Assembly: GCF_001194135.2 (NCBI RefSeq)
Contig: NC_068988.1
Coordinates: 80,750,185 to 80,814,184 of the forward strand
DNA: 64,000 bases
Reading direction: 5' to 3'
Source: Octopus bimaculoides
Lineage: Eukaryota
The notes under the pieces were generated by a model, which was not told where the DNA came from, did no database searches, and saw only the letters and a list, made by a program, of their open reading frames with translations. Of this stretch, positions 50,641-63,760 are shown in pieces. Position 1 is the stretch's first letter. The number at the start of each line of letters is the position of its first letter. Position numbers and translations under genes: made by a program.

Positions 50641-51189
50641 GAGGCAGGGTGCTCCATGCAGGATCTTGTTTTTAGGAATTCCCAATAAGTTATGAATAGC
50701 CAAATTGTGAAGTTAGTTATGTAAAAACATGAAATTAGTTACCCGATAGTAAGAATTCAAATAAAGTAGCCCTGAAAACGGTTCTAATGTGTACCCAGAT
50801 CATATAGAACACAGGAGGAAATACTAATAAGGTATGTATAGTAAAATCATGAAGTATGTTATGTAATAACAGGCTAATCAGATATGAGATAACAATTCAA
50901 AGTAAATAACTCTGAAAAGGGCTTTTGTGCATTCCCAGAGAATATTACCCTCAGGGGCACCAATGTTGGTATATTCGTGAATAAGTCACTAACTGAAATT
51001 AGTGAATCTATTGTTTAGGAAAATATTATTTACTTGTTTAAGGATAAATTGCGAAAATAACTTTAACAGTTCAAATACTAAGAAATAAGCATACTCAATT
51101 TCATTTTTACCAAATAATTTAGGAAAATGAATAGGTTATTTACCTTGGCTATATATAAGGATCCCTTCCAGGGGCCGTATTATCGATTG

Positions 51190-51335
51190 TTTTTCAACAG
51201 TCTGAGTATGTCATGAGGTTTCCAGACATGAGTTTTACTCATGTGTCAAGTTTCATCAAAATTGATAAAGCGGTGTAGGAGTTAGCCAACAACTCCACAA
51301 ACAAACCCACAGACAGAATTTCTCACATATGTAGT

Positions 51336-51342
<7 letters not shown>
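51190..51342 (+). mobile_element. Helitron/HINE-like non-autonomous element end
   Basis: caagtttcatcaaaatt...gcggtgtaggag...acaaacaaac..acagacagaatttc...tagtagata pattern; a possible 5' end (tatactagc..ccc) lies at ~62893-62915. Confidence 0.45.
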
Positions 51343-51391
<49 letters not shown>

Positions 51392-51819
51392 GCAGAACAT
51401 TGGACTGACTCCTGTGCAGGTGACACATAAAAAAACACCATTTGAGCATGGCTGTTGCCAGTACAACCGGACTGGTCCTCGTGCCAGTGGCACGTAAAAA
51501 GCACCCACTACACTCTCAGAGTGGTTGGCATTAAGAAGGGCATCCAGCTGTAGAAACTCTGCCAGATCAGATTGGAGTCTGGTGTAACCATCTGGTTCGC
51601 CAGTCCCCAGTCAAATCGTCCAACCCATGCTAGCATGGAAAGCAGATGTTAACTGATGATGATGAGGTGTGGCTGTGTGGTAAGAAGATTGCTTCCAAAC
51701 CATGTGATTCTTGGTACAGTCCCACTGCATGGCACCTTGGACAAGTGTCTTCTAATATAGCCTTGGATTGACCAAAGCCTTGTGAGTGAATTTGGTAGAG
51801 GGAAACTGAAAGAAACCTG

Positions 51820-51855
<36 letters not shown>

Positions 51856-52211
51856 ATGTGTCTTTGTGTCTGTGTTTGTCCCCCCATCATAGAATAAGTA
51901 CTGGGTTTAAAAAGGGCTTGGGGTCAATTTGTTTAANNNNNNNNNNNNNNNNNNNNNNNNNNNNNNNNNNNNNNNNNNNNNNNNNNNNNNNNNNNNNNNN
52001 NNNNNNNNNNNNNNNNNNNNNNNNNNNNNNNNNNNNNNNNNNNNNNNNNNNNNNNNNNNNNNNNNNNNNNNNNNNNNNNNNNNNNNNNNNNNNNNNNNNN
52101 NNNNNNNNNNNNNNNNNNNNNNNNNNNNNNNNNNNNNNNNNNNNNNNNNNNNNNNNNNNNNNNNNNNNNNNNNNNNNNNNNNNNNNNNNNNNNNNNNNNN
52201 NNNNNNNNNNN

Positions 52212-52266
<55 letters not shown>

Positions 52267-53116
52267 ACAGAGCTTCCACATAGTTTCAAGCTACCAAATT
52301 TACTCACAAGGTATTGGTCAGCCCAGGACTATTGTAGAAGATACTTGCCCAAGGTGCAGTACAGTGGGATTGAACCTGAAACCATGTAGTTGCTAAGTGA
52401 GCTTCTCAACCATTCAGCCATGCCTGTTCTTATAGCAATTAGTAAGGAAAATCTTCCCCGAAATACTTTAGAAGTTTATTTTCTAGACATTAGTTGTAGT
52501 CTAACAATTTACAGCTGATTGTTTCACAAAGTAAAATGTGGTCTTTTGAAATTAAGATTGATATTATATCTATAGAATCTCTGGGGACTTCATAGTTTCA
52601 ATTCTTATCAATGTGAGACTGTTTTCATGTTAGTGGGAGGTCAACATAGCAATGATATTTCTGTTTCATAGGATAAATTCCTGAGGCACAGGAATGATGC
52701 CTACCTTGGTGCCCAACATAATATGGAAAAGCTTCACCAAAGAGAAATTAAAAGACAATTTAGCATCTCTAATATATCTGAGAGTACAACAGCAATGTAG
52801 TAGCAATGCTACTTAAGAATACTTTTACCAGCTTCCAGTTCTTAGTAACAGAAAGCATTTGAGCAAAGAGATTGATATCAAGTTACAACTAACGTGTTGC
52901 CCTCAGCTTTTACAGATGCTGACCTGGTGATATTTTGCTAACTTACATATCATATAGATCAAGACTACAACTATTAGAAACTTCTCATAATAAACTGGTT
53001 TTGTTTTTTGTTTTTTAAAATTTTTATTTGGAAGTATGATTTTATTATGATGTATTCCAGAGTTCCATTATCAAATCTTATTTTAGAGACTCATTGTTGC
53101 TAACCATAATTCATTT

Positions 53117-53160
<44 letters not shown>

Positions 53161-53249
53161 ATGTGTACATGTGTTTTGCTGTTGTAAATCACTTAAGGAT
53201 GTTGATAAGTCTATGTATATANNNNNNNNNNNNNNNNNNNNNNNNNNNN

Positions 53250-53293
<44 letters not shown>

Positions 53294-54839
53294 GATATAT
53301 ATGTATGTATGTATGTTTGTACGATATTTAGATGTACATTTAGATGAAAATAAAATTGCTGCAAAAATAAAAATATAGAATTTAATCAAGTAAATTTGTT
53401 TTGCATCTACATATGATACATTAAATATCTTTTTGCAAGACTATAATTGTGATTTCAATACTATTTTTATAGTCTTGTTTCATTATAATTCCTATTATTT
53501 CAATTGAAATGTGGTCACTATCACATTTTACCAATGAAATATATTCCACTGTTATACTTCTTATGTCACAATCCAATTTTAATAAGAGCTTCGCATTGCT
53601 TAAAGTGATATTTATAAAACTGAATATGTATAGATATAGCTAAAAATATACATTGTAACTCTATCATAAGTTTTGTTAGAGGAGATATCTTTTACAGCTG
53701 TCATTACTTTTTTATCTTTATTTTTCATTTTTTATTTATTTATTTATTTATTTATTTATTTTATGAATTCCTACCATGTGACAGCGAGAACATAAACATA
53801 ATCTTTACATGCTTCAGAATGTCTTCTTCTCAATATAGACCTAATGCTAGGGTCATTAATTTGAGGGTGGGTTTTTTTTTGTCGTTTTTTTTTTAAAACT
53901 AACTTTACAATACATACAACTGGCAATAACTAAGCTTTTCCATCTTTGTCAGTGTTTGATAAGCCAAGAAACATAGGTATAGCTAGGGGACTACTGACAT
54001 TGATATTCATAAGTTCAAATTCTGTCATTAGAGATGTGTTCTTCAATAAAGTACTTTACTGTATATTCACCTCAGTAATACCAAGCTGTAAAATAGGTAG
54101 GCCATCCCAAAACTGCAAAATATTATCATAAAAACCTACTTGTAAATGTCATTGGCATATCTATAGTGGTTACTGTAATGAGAAGTGTTTAGTATTATAA
54201 TTAAATATGGTCACATGCATGGCTCTGTTGTTAAGAATAGGTGGTTCAATCCCATTGCATAGCACTTTGGCCAAGTGTCTTTTGCTTTAGCCTCAGTATG
54301 ATCAAAATTTTGTGAATGGAATTCAGTAAAAGGAGACTGTGCAGAAGCCTGTTCTCTCTGTGTGTGTGTGTGTGTGTGTGTATTGCTTTGTGGTATTTTA
54401 GATGTTCTCAGAAAGTGTGGTTCCTGCATATATTCACGCGTCTCCACCATTACTTCCACATAGGGATGATGGTTTGAATTGTTGGAGAGCAGAAATCTGA
54501 GCTTGTCAGTATAAAATGGGAGTTAAGAAAGGCTGCACACTGGCTCCTGTGTGGTCATCTATCTCATCTAGCTTGTCCCATAGGATGCCCCCAAAAGGGT
54601 TTCAGTTGCACATACTATAGGAGTCACAGGGTGCTGCTCCATGTAGTCCCACAGTTTCCGTCTAACTAGAAATATCAGGATCCCATCCATTGTCTTGTAT
54701 TCAAGATCCTCTGCATGACATCCTGCTAGTTCAAAGCCAGGAATCTGATCTGTTAGATCCTGCTAATAACTAAATCCACACCCTATTGCCGATGCTTCAA
54801 TTTATTGTCATTAAGGTTTTGCCCGTCTCCTACTCTTTG

Positions 54840-55090
54840 ACCTGTCTGAAGATTTCTCTCTCTCCAGCATAGCTCTCTGGGTCAATGGAGCACACAGACA
54901 CTTCACCGCAACAAGGTACTTGTTGAATTGGCCGTTGACTACACAGTAGTTCTTCCACCCTTTGACGGGTCTTATTTTTCGTCCTGCAGGGTGTCCAAAC
55001 TTGATGGAGTTGCCAGTTTAGTCGCCAACGACCCGGCCATGTGACAGGTTGTACTGGGTTACATGTTACCAGTATCGCTCAAGAGCGCAG
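54840..55090 (-). mobile_element. RTE-like 5' leader remnant with structured upstream segment
   Basis: Minus strand ccttgttgcggtgaag...ctccattgacccagagagctatgctg resembles 22490-22660; preceded by GC-richer hairpins. Confidence 0.45.
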
Positions 55091-55500
55091 AATAAAAAGA
55101 GAGGCATGTGCCACAATTAATTTCTGACCTGACAGAAATCTTTTCAACACGAGAAGGCAGCAAGCCATCACCAACTTTAGATTTGAATAGATTGTTGGGT
55201 TATAATATATTGAAGTTTGTGCTCAGGTAGGTCAGAAACCAAAGTGCTCTAGGTCATTCTTCTCACTGGTGGTTACACTTTAGAAAAAAATGGGCTTAAT
55301 AGTTAACATCTAGAAAACTGAGGTCATCTGTGAATTAAATACTGCAACACCCTCCCTTCTTTTGACTTTCTCACTACTACAACCTAATTTTGATGCTTAG
55401 GCAGCTTCATTGTGTATCCTTTGAAAGACTCAGTGTTATTCTAAATAACACAACTCCCACACCAAAGCCCTCTTCTCCTGGCCAGTCTGTTTCTACTCTC

Positions 55501-55617
55501 AGCCTCCTTGGGCTTCCTTGATAGCCTCCTTGGGCTTCCTTGATAGCCTCCTTGGGCTTCCTTGATAGCCTCCTTGGGCTTCCTTGATAGCCTCCTTGGG
55601 CTTCCTTGATAGCCTCC
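55501..55617. repeat. Perfect 22-bp minisatellite (AGCCTCCTTGGGCTTCCTTGAT) x5.3
   Basis: Units start at 55501, 55523, 55545, 55567, 55589 and a partial at 55611. Confidence 0.97.
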
Positions 55618-57074
55618 CATCCCTCTAATATATCTGCCACTTGCCTCTCTTACCACACCTTCCTCTCATCACTCACCTATCTCTCAGTCATATCACTGTT
55701 ACCTATTTGTCATCCTTGGCCTTTTCACTTGTGCCCATATCACTTATCTCTTTTTCTCACTCTAACTATACTGTCCATGTGAATACAGATAGCAATAGAT
55801 CTCTTAAATTCACTAAACTTTGCTTCCAGTGTAACTAGGAATGCAACAGCGGGTGGAACCTGTCTAATTTTTGCTTTCCTTGTCTGCAATTGAAATTTCA
55901 ATAAATTCAGAATTTATTGAGTATTGCATAGAATATGTTCCCCTAACTTTATATCTATTGCTCTTATATTTATATCTATATCTAACTATCTGCTTGCCTG
56001 CCTGCCTGCCTATCAATCAATCAATCAGTCAATCAATAAATCAAAAAGAACATAAATGGTCTCACTTAACTGACAAGATACCTTCCTGGCTTTAATGATA
56101 TTCCTTAACTGCAGAGTGTCTGTATTTCTTGTATGTCCTCATAGCCAGTTAAGATAACTGTTTTGAAATAATAGAGTCATTTGATTTCTTTATTTCTTGC
56201 ATGAATGTTATAGCCACTCCTAATTTCTCTATAAATTCCCATTTTATTTTTTAAAATACCACTTATCCAAAAATTTTGGTTGGATTCATCATCCTCAAGG
56301 TATTATCTCACCTGTTTAAACCTGTTTAAAATTTTACCTGAAGATGTTATGATGGTCTATGAATACATTAATAAAACTTCTACTAAAACAGCTGTCGTAA
56401 ATTTTAAACCCCATTTGTGTTCTTTTTTTTATACCTACATCAAAGCTAGATCTACAGTTTAAATCAGATTTGGTATTTACATATCTATAGTTTCCTACCA
56501 TCACTTGATTGCTTTACCTCACTGTCAATCTTATGTTATTGTACTTAGACATTTCTAGCATCTTATGCATTGATGTGCCTAGATTCTTTTGAATCCTCTC
56601 TCTATAGATACACAATGTAGATAGGATTGTGAACCTGCTTATTCCTGTACTTCAAAGTTGTGTGTAGATGTCATATTTGTGTGAGGTATGTCTAAGAGTT
56701 GAAAATGTTTTCTATTACATGTACAATTTTGTAATTCCTTTTAGAAAATGAAACATTGTAATAGTGAATAAATAATGTCCCAAAATTTTCTAGTCTCATA
56801 TTTTGATATATATATATATATATATANNNNNNNNNNNNNNNNNNNNNNNNNNNNNNNNNNNNNNNNNNNNNNNNNNNNNNNNNNNNNNNNNNNNNNNNNN
56901 NNNNNNNNNNNNNNNNNNNNNNNNNNNNNNNNNNNNNNNNNNNNNNNNNNNNNNNNNNNNNNNNNNNNNNNNNNNNNNNNNNNNNNNNNNNNNNNNNNNN
57001 NNNNNNNNNNNNNNNNNNNNNNNNNNNNNNNNNNNNNNNNNNNNNNNNNNNNNNNNNNTATATATGTATGTATC

Positions 57075-59885
57075 ATCATTGTTTAACATCCATCTTCCAT
57101 GCTTGCATGGGTAGGATGGTTGACAGGAGTTGGCCAGGTAGAATAACTACCCTAGACTACTGTGTCTGTTTTGACAGGGATTTTACAGCTGGATGCCCTT
57201 CCTAACACCAACCACTCCACAGAGTGGACTCAGTGCTTTTTACATGACATTAGCACAGGTAAGGTTAGTTTTAGCATGATTTTTACAGCTGAATGCCCTT
57301 CCAAACACCAACCACATTATAGTGTGGACTGGATGCTTTTAACGTGGTACCAGCACTGGCAGGGTAACCAAGTAACTCACAAGACAAGAAATTATGAGAG
57401 GGGCTGGGCATTTGAGGAGGGGAACTTGTGTCAGAGGATGAAAGGTTAGAGTGTGACAAAGAGACAGAGACAGAAGCAGGTGTCTTGCCACAACAGAGGG
57501 GACATTAGAGGAGGTGATCCAGTATCAAATGATGAAAGGTTAGAATGTAACAGGGAAACAGAGAGGCAGAAATAGGTGTCTTGCTGTAGAGGAGGTACAT
57601 GGTTACCCAGTGAGAGAGAGATACAGAGTAAGAGAGAGGTACAAGAAAGAGGCCAGAAACAAGTGTGCTGATGTAAAGGAGATACTTGGTTACCTAGCCA
57701 GAGGAAAATCAATAGAAGGAGAGAGAGAGAGACCAAAGGGAATAGAGAGAGTAGGAAACAGCAAGAGTGTAAGAGAGAGAGAGAGCAGAAGAGAGATGGT
57801 GTAGTGCTAGGGTGTACTCACAGTAACAAGAATATGAGTATAGAGCCTGGTTTGAAAAATAGGGTGTGGGTGTTGGGAATGTGAGGAGCAGCGATACAAT
57901 GAGCAGGGCAGTGAGGGTAAGAAAGGGGATTGGAAAACAATCATAATTTATGAAGAGGAAATGTGAGGAAGGCAAAGATGCAGATGCAGTTAGGAGAGAA
58001 GCTGTTGTTTGATTTCTTAGGGTAGAGTGGGTGGGACACAACTCTTCTAACACTCAGTTTCATGGATGAGTCTTCTCTAGAACTTCATATCTCCAAACAT
58101 TTTGGTCCACTGTTATTTCCTCTGTGAATCCCAACATCCTAAGATCAGTCCTCACCACTTCATCCTTTCCACAAGTACCATCCACTTACAGTGACAGGCA
58201 CTTCTGTATACAGCTGTCTTCACTCATACGCATCACATGTTCAAACCAACGCATTCTCCTCTCCTGCATACCACATTTAATCCATTTTATGCCTAACTTT
58301 TCTCTCAACACAGTTGTGCTTTGTCAGTCATGCACACTGATGTTGCAAATTCAATGACACATACTACCTTCCTTCCTCTCCAGCCTACGCATGTCCTCCA
58401 CGGTCAGAGCCCATGTCTCACTACCATGTATTATAGCTGTGCTCACACAAGTAACATACAATCTACCTTTCACTCTGAGAGAGGGTCCTTTTGCTGCCAA
58501 CAGAGTTAGTAGTTCTCTGAACTTCCTCCACCCTATTCTTATTCTAGAAACAATACTTTCAGAACATCCACCACCATTGCTAATTTGGTCACCTAAACAG
58601 CAGAAACTATCTACTACCTCAACAGAGTCTCCTGGGCATTTGAGAGAGTTTAAGTCCCTCATGCTCTTAGTACTTACTGTTCCTGCACATCTGCCACACA
58701 TGAAAACGACCTAATCTGATAAACTTCCTACAATTCCACTGCATTTCTTATGCATTCATAACTTACACTTGGTGCAGCAAATGGAATTATATCCTACTCC
58801 TTTCTTACATATTGAGCACGGCCATTTTCCAGCCCGAATGAGAGTCTTATCTCCTTTCTTGCTAATAGCAACTTTAGTCTTAGCTAAGTTAATTTTAAGG
58901 CCCTTGAGTCCAGGTTTTGCTTCCAAACCCAGAACTTCTCCAATTCTACTTCAGATTCTGCAATAAGAGCAAGATCATCAAAATATAATAGTTCCCATGG
59001 GCATCCAGTTTTGAATTCATCTGTTATGGCTTGGAAAACTATGATGAATAAGTGGACTAAGAACTGATCCCTGGTGTACTCCAACTTGTACATTAAATTC
59101 ATCACTGTACTCAAGGCCAACTCTCACCTTACTAACAGCATCGCTGTACATGGCTTGAACCACTCTAACAAGCCAGTCCTCTACTCTCAGCTTTCTTAGA
59201 GACCACCAAGTAAGAGAGTGGGGAACCCTGTCGAAAGCTTTCTCCAGGTCAATGGAGGTTAAGTGCAATAGCCAAATACTTTTCTTGCAACTGTCTCACT
59301 ATGAAAATAGCATCTGTGATGCTTCTCCCAGGAACAAAACCAAACTGCATCTCATCAAGATTAATTCTATCCCTATTTAGTTGTGGCCTGTNNNNNNNNN
59401 NNNNNNNNNNNNNNNNNNNNNNNNNNNNNNNNNNNNNNNNNNNNNNNNNNNNNNNNNNNNNNNNNNNNNNNNNNNNNNNNNNNNNNNNNNNNNNNNNNNN
59501 NNNNNNNNNNNNNNNNNNNNNNNNNNNNNNNNNNNNNNNNNNNNNNNNNNNNNNNNNNNNNNNNNNNNNNNNNNNNNNNNNNNNNNNNNNNNNNNNNNNN
59601 NNNNNNNNNNNNCATCATCATCATCATCATCATCATCAGAGGCCTCCAGTAGAATGTCTCTAAATATTTGTTGGTTTGCTGGGTGTTTGAGCTCCCATAA
59701 TCTTGTTTTCCAACATGGTTTATGTCTTTGAGTCCCTCTAGCCCTAATTCTGAAGTCACTTACTAGTAGCCTATGTTGGTGTGTACACACTCCACCAGCA
59801 AAAGGCTTTGCATTTGTGAGCATCTGCCAGTCTTCTTGCCTGGTGAGAAGGTAATGAATCTGGTTTATATTCCCCCCAGATGGAT
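57075..59885 (-). mobile_element. RTE LINE, longest copy: end of endonuclease, RT, long repetitive 3' UTR; gap and (CAT)n tract inside
   Basis: NQIHYLLTR (endonuclease end), IDLEKAFDRVP, VGVHQGSVLSPL, WELLYFDDLALI, VDSFCCLGDQIS, IIHGSETW; family C tail at 57075-57400. Confidence 0.92.
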
Positions 59886-60227
59886 AAGTAATCAGGTGGC
59901 TGGCTGGCTGGCTTTCTAAAGTTAGTGTTGCAGATCATAAGATCATTTGCATCACAAAACTCAAGTAGCCTTATACCTTCCTCATTCTTGGTGCCAAAGC
60001 CAAGTCTTCAGTAGGACTTCTAATCATCAGCCCACCCAGCCTGTGGAGCATAGGCAGAGATAAATGTAATTGTTAATCTATCTATGATAAGTTTCAACTG
60101 AATAACCCTATCACACACTCTGACCACCTCAATTATTTTATCTACCTACTTTTCCACTAAGAATATCATTTCATATATATAAATCATATATGTGCATGTG
60201 TGTGTGTCTATGTATACACACGCACGT

Positions 60228-60261
<34 letters not shown>

Positions 60262-63200
60262 TTTGGAAACAAGTGAGAGTTGGTGAGAGGAAGAGTATCT
60301 GATCATAGAACATCTGTCTCAGTGAATTCCATCTGACCAATGCAAGCATGGAAAAGTGGATATTAAAACGATGGTGATAATAATGATGATGATGTGTGTG
60401 TTTATATATATATATATNNNNNNNNNNNNNNNNNNNNNNNNNNNNNNNNNNNNNNNNNNNNNNNNNNNNNNNNNNNNNNNNNNNNNNNNNNNNNNNNNNN
60501 NNNNNNNNNNNNNNNNNNNNNNNNNNNNNNNNNNNNNNNNNNNNNNNNNNNNNNNNNNNNNNNNNNNNNNNNNNNNNNNNNNNNNNNNNNNNNNNNNNNN
60601 NNNNNNNNNNNNNNNNNNNNNNNNNNNNNNNNNNNNNNNNNNNNNNNNNNNNNNNNNNNNNNNNNNNNNNNNNNNNNNNNNNNNNNNNNNNNNNNNNNNN
60701 NNNNNNNNNNNNNNNNNNNNNNNNNNNNNNNNNNNNNNNNNNNNNNNNNNNNNNNNNNNNNNNNNNNNNNNNNNNNNNNNNNNNNNNNNNNNNNNNNNNN
60801 NNNNNNNNNNNNNNNNNNNNNNNNNNNNNNNNNNNNNNNNNNNNNNNNNNNNNNNNNNNNNNNNNNNNNNNNNNNNNNNNNNNNNNNNNNNNNNNNNNNN
60901 NNNNNNNNNNNNNNNNNNNNNNNNNNNNNNNNNNNNNNNNNNNNNNNNNNNNNNNNNNNNNNNNNNNNNNNNNNNNNNNNNNNNNNNNNNNNNNNNNNNN
61001 NNNNNNNGCTTACCAACCACATGGTTCCAGGTTCAGTCCCACTGCGTGGCACCTTGGGCAAGTGTCTTCTACTATAACCTCAGGCTGACCAAAGCCTTGT
61101 GAATGGATTTGGTCGCGCGTGTGTGTGTGTGTGTGTTTGTGTGTCTGTGTTTATCCCCCCAACATCGCTTGATAAGTGATGCTGGTGTGTTTACATCCCC
61201 ATAACTTAGCAGTTCAGCAAAAGAGACTGATAGAATAAATACTATGCTTACAAAGAATAAGTCCTGGGGTCGATCTGCTTGACTAAAGGTGGTGCTCCAG
61301 CATGGCCACAGTCAAATGACTGAAACAAGTGTGTGTGTGTGTGCGCGCACACACACACACACACACAAATATAATGTACACACACAAATATAATGTACAT
61401 AACTATGTATATATGTATGAATGTGTGTATGTATATTTATCTAAATATATATACACATATATATGCATATATATATATGTGTGTGTGTATATGTGTATGT
61501 ATTTATGCACATATATAGAGTTATGCTTGAGTACATACAGGCCTTCTTTCTCATCCCCTACCTCTCTCTCTCTCTCATACATACACAAGCTTACTGGCAT
61601 CCGAAAATATATTACATACCCCTCTTCCCACCCTGCCATAATCCACATAAATTTAAATGTAAATATTATAGCATACACTCACCCCATACATTCACAGTTA
61701 AGCCAGACATTTATAAATACACGTAACTATGCACAAACACACACACACACAACAAACACACACGCATGCATCTCCCCCCCCCCCACTCAAATATGTATTC
61801 TTAACAGGCTTTCTTTCACGTAGCTTGGTTTGTTATTAGTGCATGGAACCTTTAGACTATCTTGAAAGGATGGTAAAGTATCTTTTCTAGTAGCCACCAG
61901 TAACTCTAGCATCCATACCCCATAAAACATTTTCTTGTATTACATACACACACACACACACATACACACACACACACACATACACACACACACAATCTAT
62001 TCTGATATTTCATATCAAACCAAGGCTACATTTCAATTCAGCCCTCTTATTGTCTTTGTTATTTCCACCAAAATTAACGTTTTTGTAGTAATTAAGTAAT
62101 TGACATTTTATGTATTCTTTCAGTCTTTTACTCATTACAGTCCATTGATTGTAATCATGCTGGGGCAACATTTTCATGAACTTTTAGGAGAGAGATATAC
62201 CTGTTGTGAAGGGTCTTAACTGATTTGGAGCAGATCACCACAAGGCAGCTTTGCTCAGTATTTCAATTTGCTAGTTTTATGCAATTTTCAGTTCCTTTAG
62301 GCAATGCTACATCTTTCTTTTTCGTGTCTTCTATATTCATTGTCGTTGTTTCAGTACCCACTTTTCCATGCATCTTGCAGGTATCAAGGTAGATTTTCTA
62401 CATTTAGATGCACACCCTGTTGCACACCCCTTACCTGTTTCAAAGCAAGGTAACATTTTCCCAAACAGCTCAATGGTCAGACATGTTTTCACAGAAGATT
62501 GCAAATGAATACTATCACTTGTATGACAATGATGTTTGTTTCCAATTATCACACAAAATCGGGACAAGGACACATATTACATATTTCCATACATTGTATT
62601 ACATAACTTTGTATGAGATATAAAATAGAAACGTTATCAATTTACGAAATCGATTATAAAGTCAATTTGACTGCTCCTTTCCTCATTTAAATTATATATA
62701 TGTATATATATATATATGTATGTATGTATATATGTATGTATGTACACACGCGCACATACATATTTATACACACACACACACGCACACATACAGCTGGCCT
62801 CTTTCAATTTCCATTAGTTAAGTTCAATCACAAGGCTTTGGTTCAAGTCTGTATTAGAAGACACAGTCATGTGTGCATTTGTTTTATATATATATACTAG
62901 CAGAGATACCCAGCACTGCTTGAGATTAAAATGGCATAGTTTGTATATAATGTATTACAGTTATGTTGAAACAGGTGATATGGGAAAGTGCAGCATTGGC
63001 AACAAAACATTTGTGGAGTAAATGCTGGGTTAATTCAACTAAGCAACATGCTATGCATCTGTTTGGAGTATTTCAGGCCCTAACCTGTGGGGGTTATGTG
63101 ATTTTTGAAAGCACCAAAAGCTGTCAGTGGATATACTCTCTTTTGCAGCAGTTGGCACTGGGTCTAACACGACCCATCATCTGAAATGTTGACACCTCCT

Positions 63201-63438
63201 TCAGGTTTGTTGTCCTACATCACTCATAAAGTAAATTTGGAGGAACTGTGGTTGTTCATTTGTGGGTAACAGGGAACCAATGAGGTCATAGACTTGCCCT
63301 TGAACTTTGACATCAGTGTAAATTCGTGTTTATCTATCTTCTTAGATGCACCAAACAATGTCATTTGCAAGGTTGTATTGTCTGATATTGTTCAGAAAAT
63401 CCTTTGAGTGGATGGAAGTGCCTTCTAAAAGGTATATA

Positions 63439-63477
<39 letters not shown>

Positions 63478-63661
63478 TGTGAGAAAGTTGGTATGTGAAA
63501 GCACGTGGTTGGATGTATAAAAGATAATAAGAGTGAAAAAACTACAGAAGGCTTGTGTTACATGGTTAAAGTATATATTTAAATTATGTCAGAAAAATGT
63601 TAGAAAAATGTCAGAAAAATGTTATAAAATCTTTTTGGTATATAAACATTGTATTTTGAAA

Positions 63662-63760
63662 AATAACCGGTTTCGTGTTGTCTTTTCAAATTTCCAGTCT
63701 GGAGCGAACACGACACAATGAAGTAGAGAAATTTGAAAAGACAACACGAAACCGGTTATT
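63662..63760. repeat. Perfect 33-bp inverted repeat with 33-bp spacer, running into an assembly gap
   Basis: 63662-63694 is the exact reverse complement of 63728-63760; N-run starts at 63761. Confidence 0.9.

Noticed and set aside
55501-55617. Direct repeats as a CRISPR array (also 30618-30752)
   Set aside because: No spacers, eukaryotic context, no cas genes.
55407-55656. ORFs with repeated peptides (EAIKEAQGGYQGSPRRLSRKPK)
   Set aside because: The 22-bp unit is not a multiple of three, so the peptide repeat is a frame-cycling artefact.
56330-56385. CTGAAGA...GAAT as a hammerhead
   Set aside because: No stem II, GAAA is broken and there is no clear stem III.
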